From: Haplodiscus bocki
Taxonomy: Eukaryota
Reading direction: 5' to 3'
NCBI GenBank assembly: GCA_965655095.1
Contig: OZ296656.1
Coordinates: forward strand, 12,710,001 to 12,774,000
DNA: 64,000 nucleotides
Part shown: in pieces, positions 62,950-64,000 of the stretch
Numbering within the stretch: the stretch's first letter is position 1
Layout: each line of letters opens with the position of its first letter
Notes under the pieces: generated by a model
Told to the model about the DNA's origin: nothing
The model's input: only the letters and a program-made list of their open reading frames with translations
Databases searched by the model: none
Made by a program: the position numbers and the translations under genes

Positions 62950-64000
62950 AACATTACCCATCGAAGAATCTTTTCAAGGCTGCCAGAGTTGACAAGAAAC
63001 AAAAGCGAACAAAAGAAGTCGCAGTTGTCGGATTCCTTGTGCGGTATGAACAACACTGATTTTCATTGCCTTTTTGCGGATAAAAAGAAACTTGCAGGGG
63101 ACTAAATTGTTAGGGTTTATTGTTCGAAACCAAAATTTTTTGTTTCACACTGACCCTAAGAAAGAAGAGTTTGCGCAAAAACTTTTCCCCTAACAACATA
63201 GTTTGCACATTAACTGGTGCAACTCTTCCGCCACCTCCTTGTCTGAACTGAGGCAGGCAGGCTCGTCAGTAGAGTCATCAACCGTATCAAAATCAATAAA
63301 AGGACAATTTATAGTGTTTTTAAACCGTTTTTCAGCTCCACGTTTCTGATTTTAATATGTCAGGTTTTCAGAAATGCAGAAATCCGACGGGTTCAAGCCA
63401 ACAGGGTTGTCGTCAGGGCGAGGAAAATACCTGGATCAATCGAATCTTTGAAACTGAAAGAAAACCAATTGAACGACACCTTCCAAACGGTTTTAATCAA
63501 AAGTTAGGTTTTTCATATTGAAGCCAATAAATTCATCCCTCTTTGTCCAAGGAATTTTTTCATTTCTCGGGTCGGAAAAGTTGTAATTTTTTCTATTCCG
63601 ATATGTCCCTTGGATGGGCGATGTTTTCCATGTCTGCATACAAGTCATCGGTTTCTACACGATACAGTAGAGTCACAGTCTTTGTAAACACCAGTCAATG
63701 CATCGCCGTATCAGGCTTTCATATTGACGAAATTGAAAATTGTACGAAACAGGTTTTGAAAATTTTAAAGTTGAAGCTCGTTCTAGCGTAGCCATGATCC
63801 ACACAAAAAATGTAGTTGAGAGGTTCACAGATACTATGTCTTGATTGATGAAGTTGAATGACAATTTAAGTTTGAAGATTACTTCTTTTGCCTGAGTTTT
63901 TTTCACAACCAACCTGATGTTGGGTTGATTCCTAAGTATTTCTTCGTTTTTGCCACAATGCGTTGGATATCAACCTTTAAAATTTTCATTCGAAAATCTA
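62950..64000 (-). pseudogene. Protein-primed family B DNA polymerase, C-terminal part, degraded
   Basis: FTKTVTLLYRVETDDLYADME..RNEK..KRDEFIG matches the YTDTDS-LxYxIETxDLYxDM..NKK..KFKDE region of Polinton pPolB; downstream GKSFAQ and IRKK..ISVVHT. Truncated by the window edge. Confidence 0.72.

Larger units (their letters stand above)
53293..64000 (+). mobile_element. Degraded Polinton/Maverick (adintovirus-like endogenous DNA virus), continuing beyond the window
   Basis: Retroviral-like integrase, minor capsid, major capsid and convergent protein-primed PolB remnants occur together. The left boundary is a candidate only (AGTAGT followed by a G-rich tract at 53293). Confidence 0.88.

Overview
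This is AT-rich eukaryotic (animal-like) genomic DNA, mostly decayed transposable elements around one minus-strand host gene region (~22.9-34.0 kb). All protein-family calls come from motif recognition by eye; no searches were run. Left part: an env-like remnant, two LINE fragments, a frameshifted CGGBP1-like hAT transposase, a very degraded Ty3/Gypsy pol, and a FLYWCH-MULE (Phantom-like) element with tandem-repeat TIRs, a perfect 9-bp TSD and an internally deleted transposase. Two copies of a ~500-bp Helentron-type non-autonomous element also occur. The host region holds an intact, single-exon DUSP11/PIR-1-like RNA 5'-triphosphatase domain whose CX5R Arg is Gln. Splice phases let it join downstream Arg/Ser-rich and Pro/Arg/Met-rich exons into one 856-aa protein, which is the most interesting candidate here. 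Right part: a ~14.7-kb minus-strand Ty3/Gypsy element with ~1-kb LTR-like repeats and a possible env, LINE fragments, and a degraded Polinton/Maverick (integrase, minor and major capsid, protein-primed PolB) running off the right edge. No rRNA, tRNA or CRISPR array was seen.
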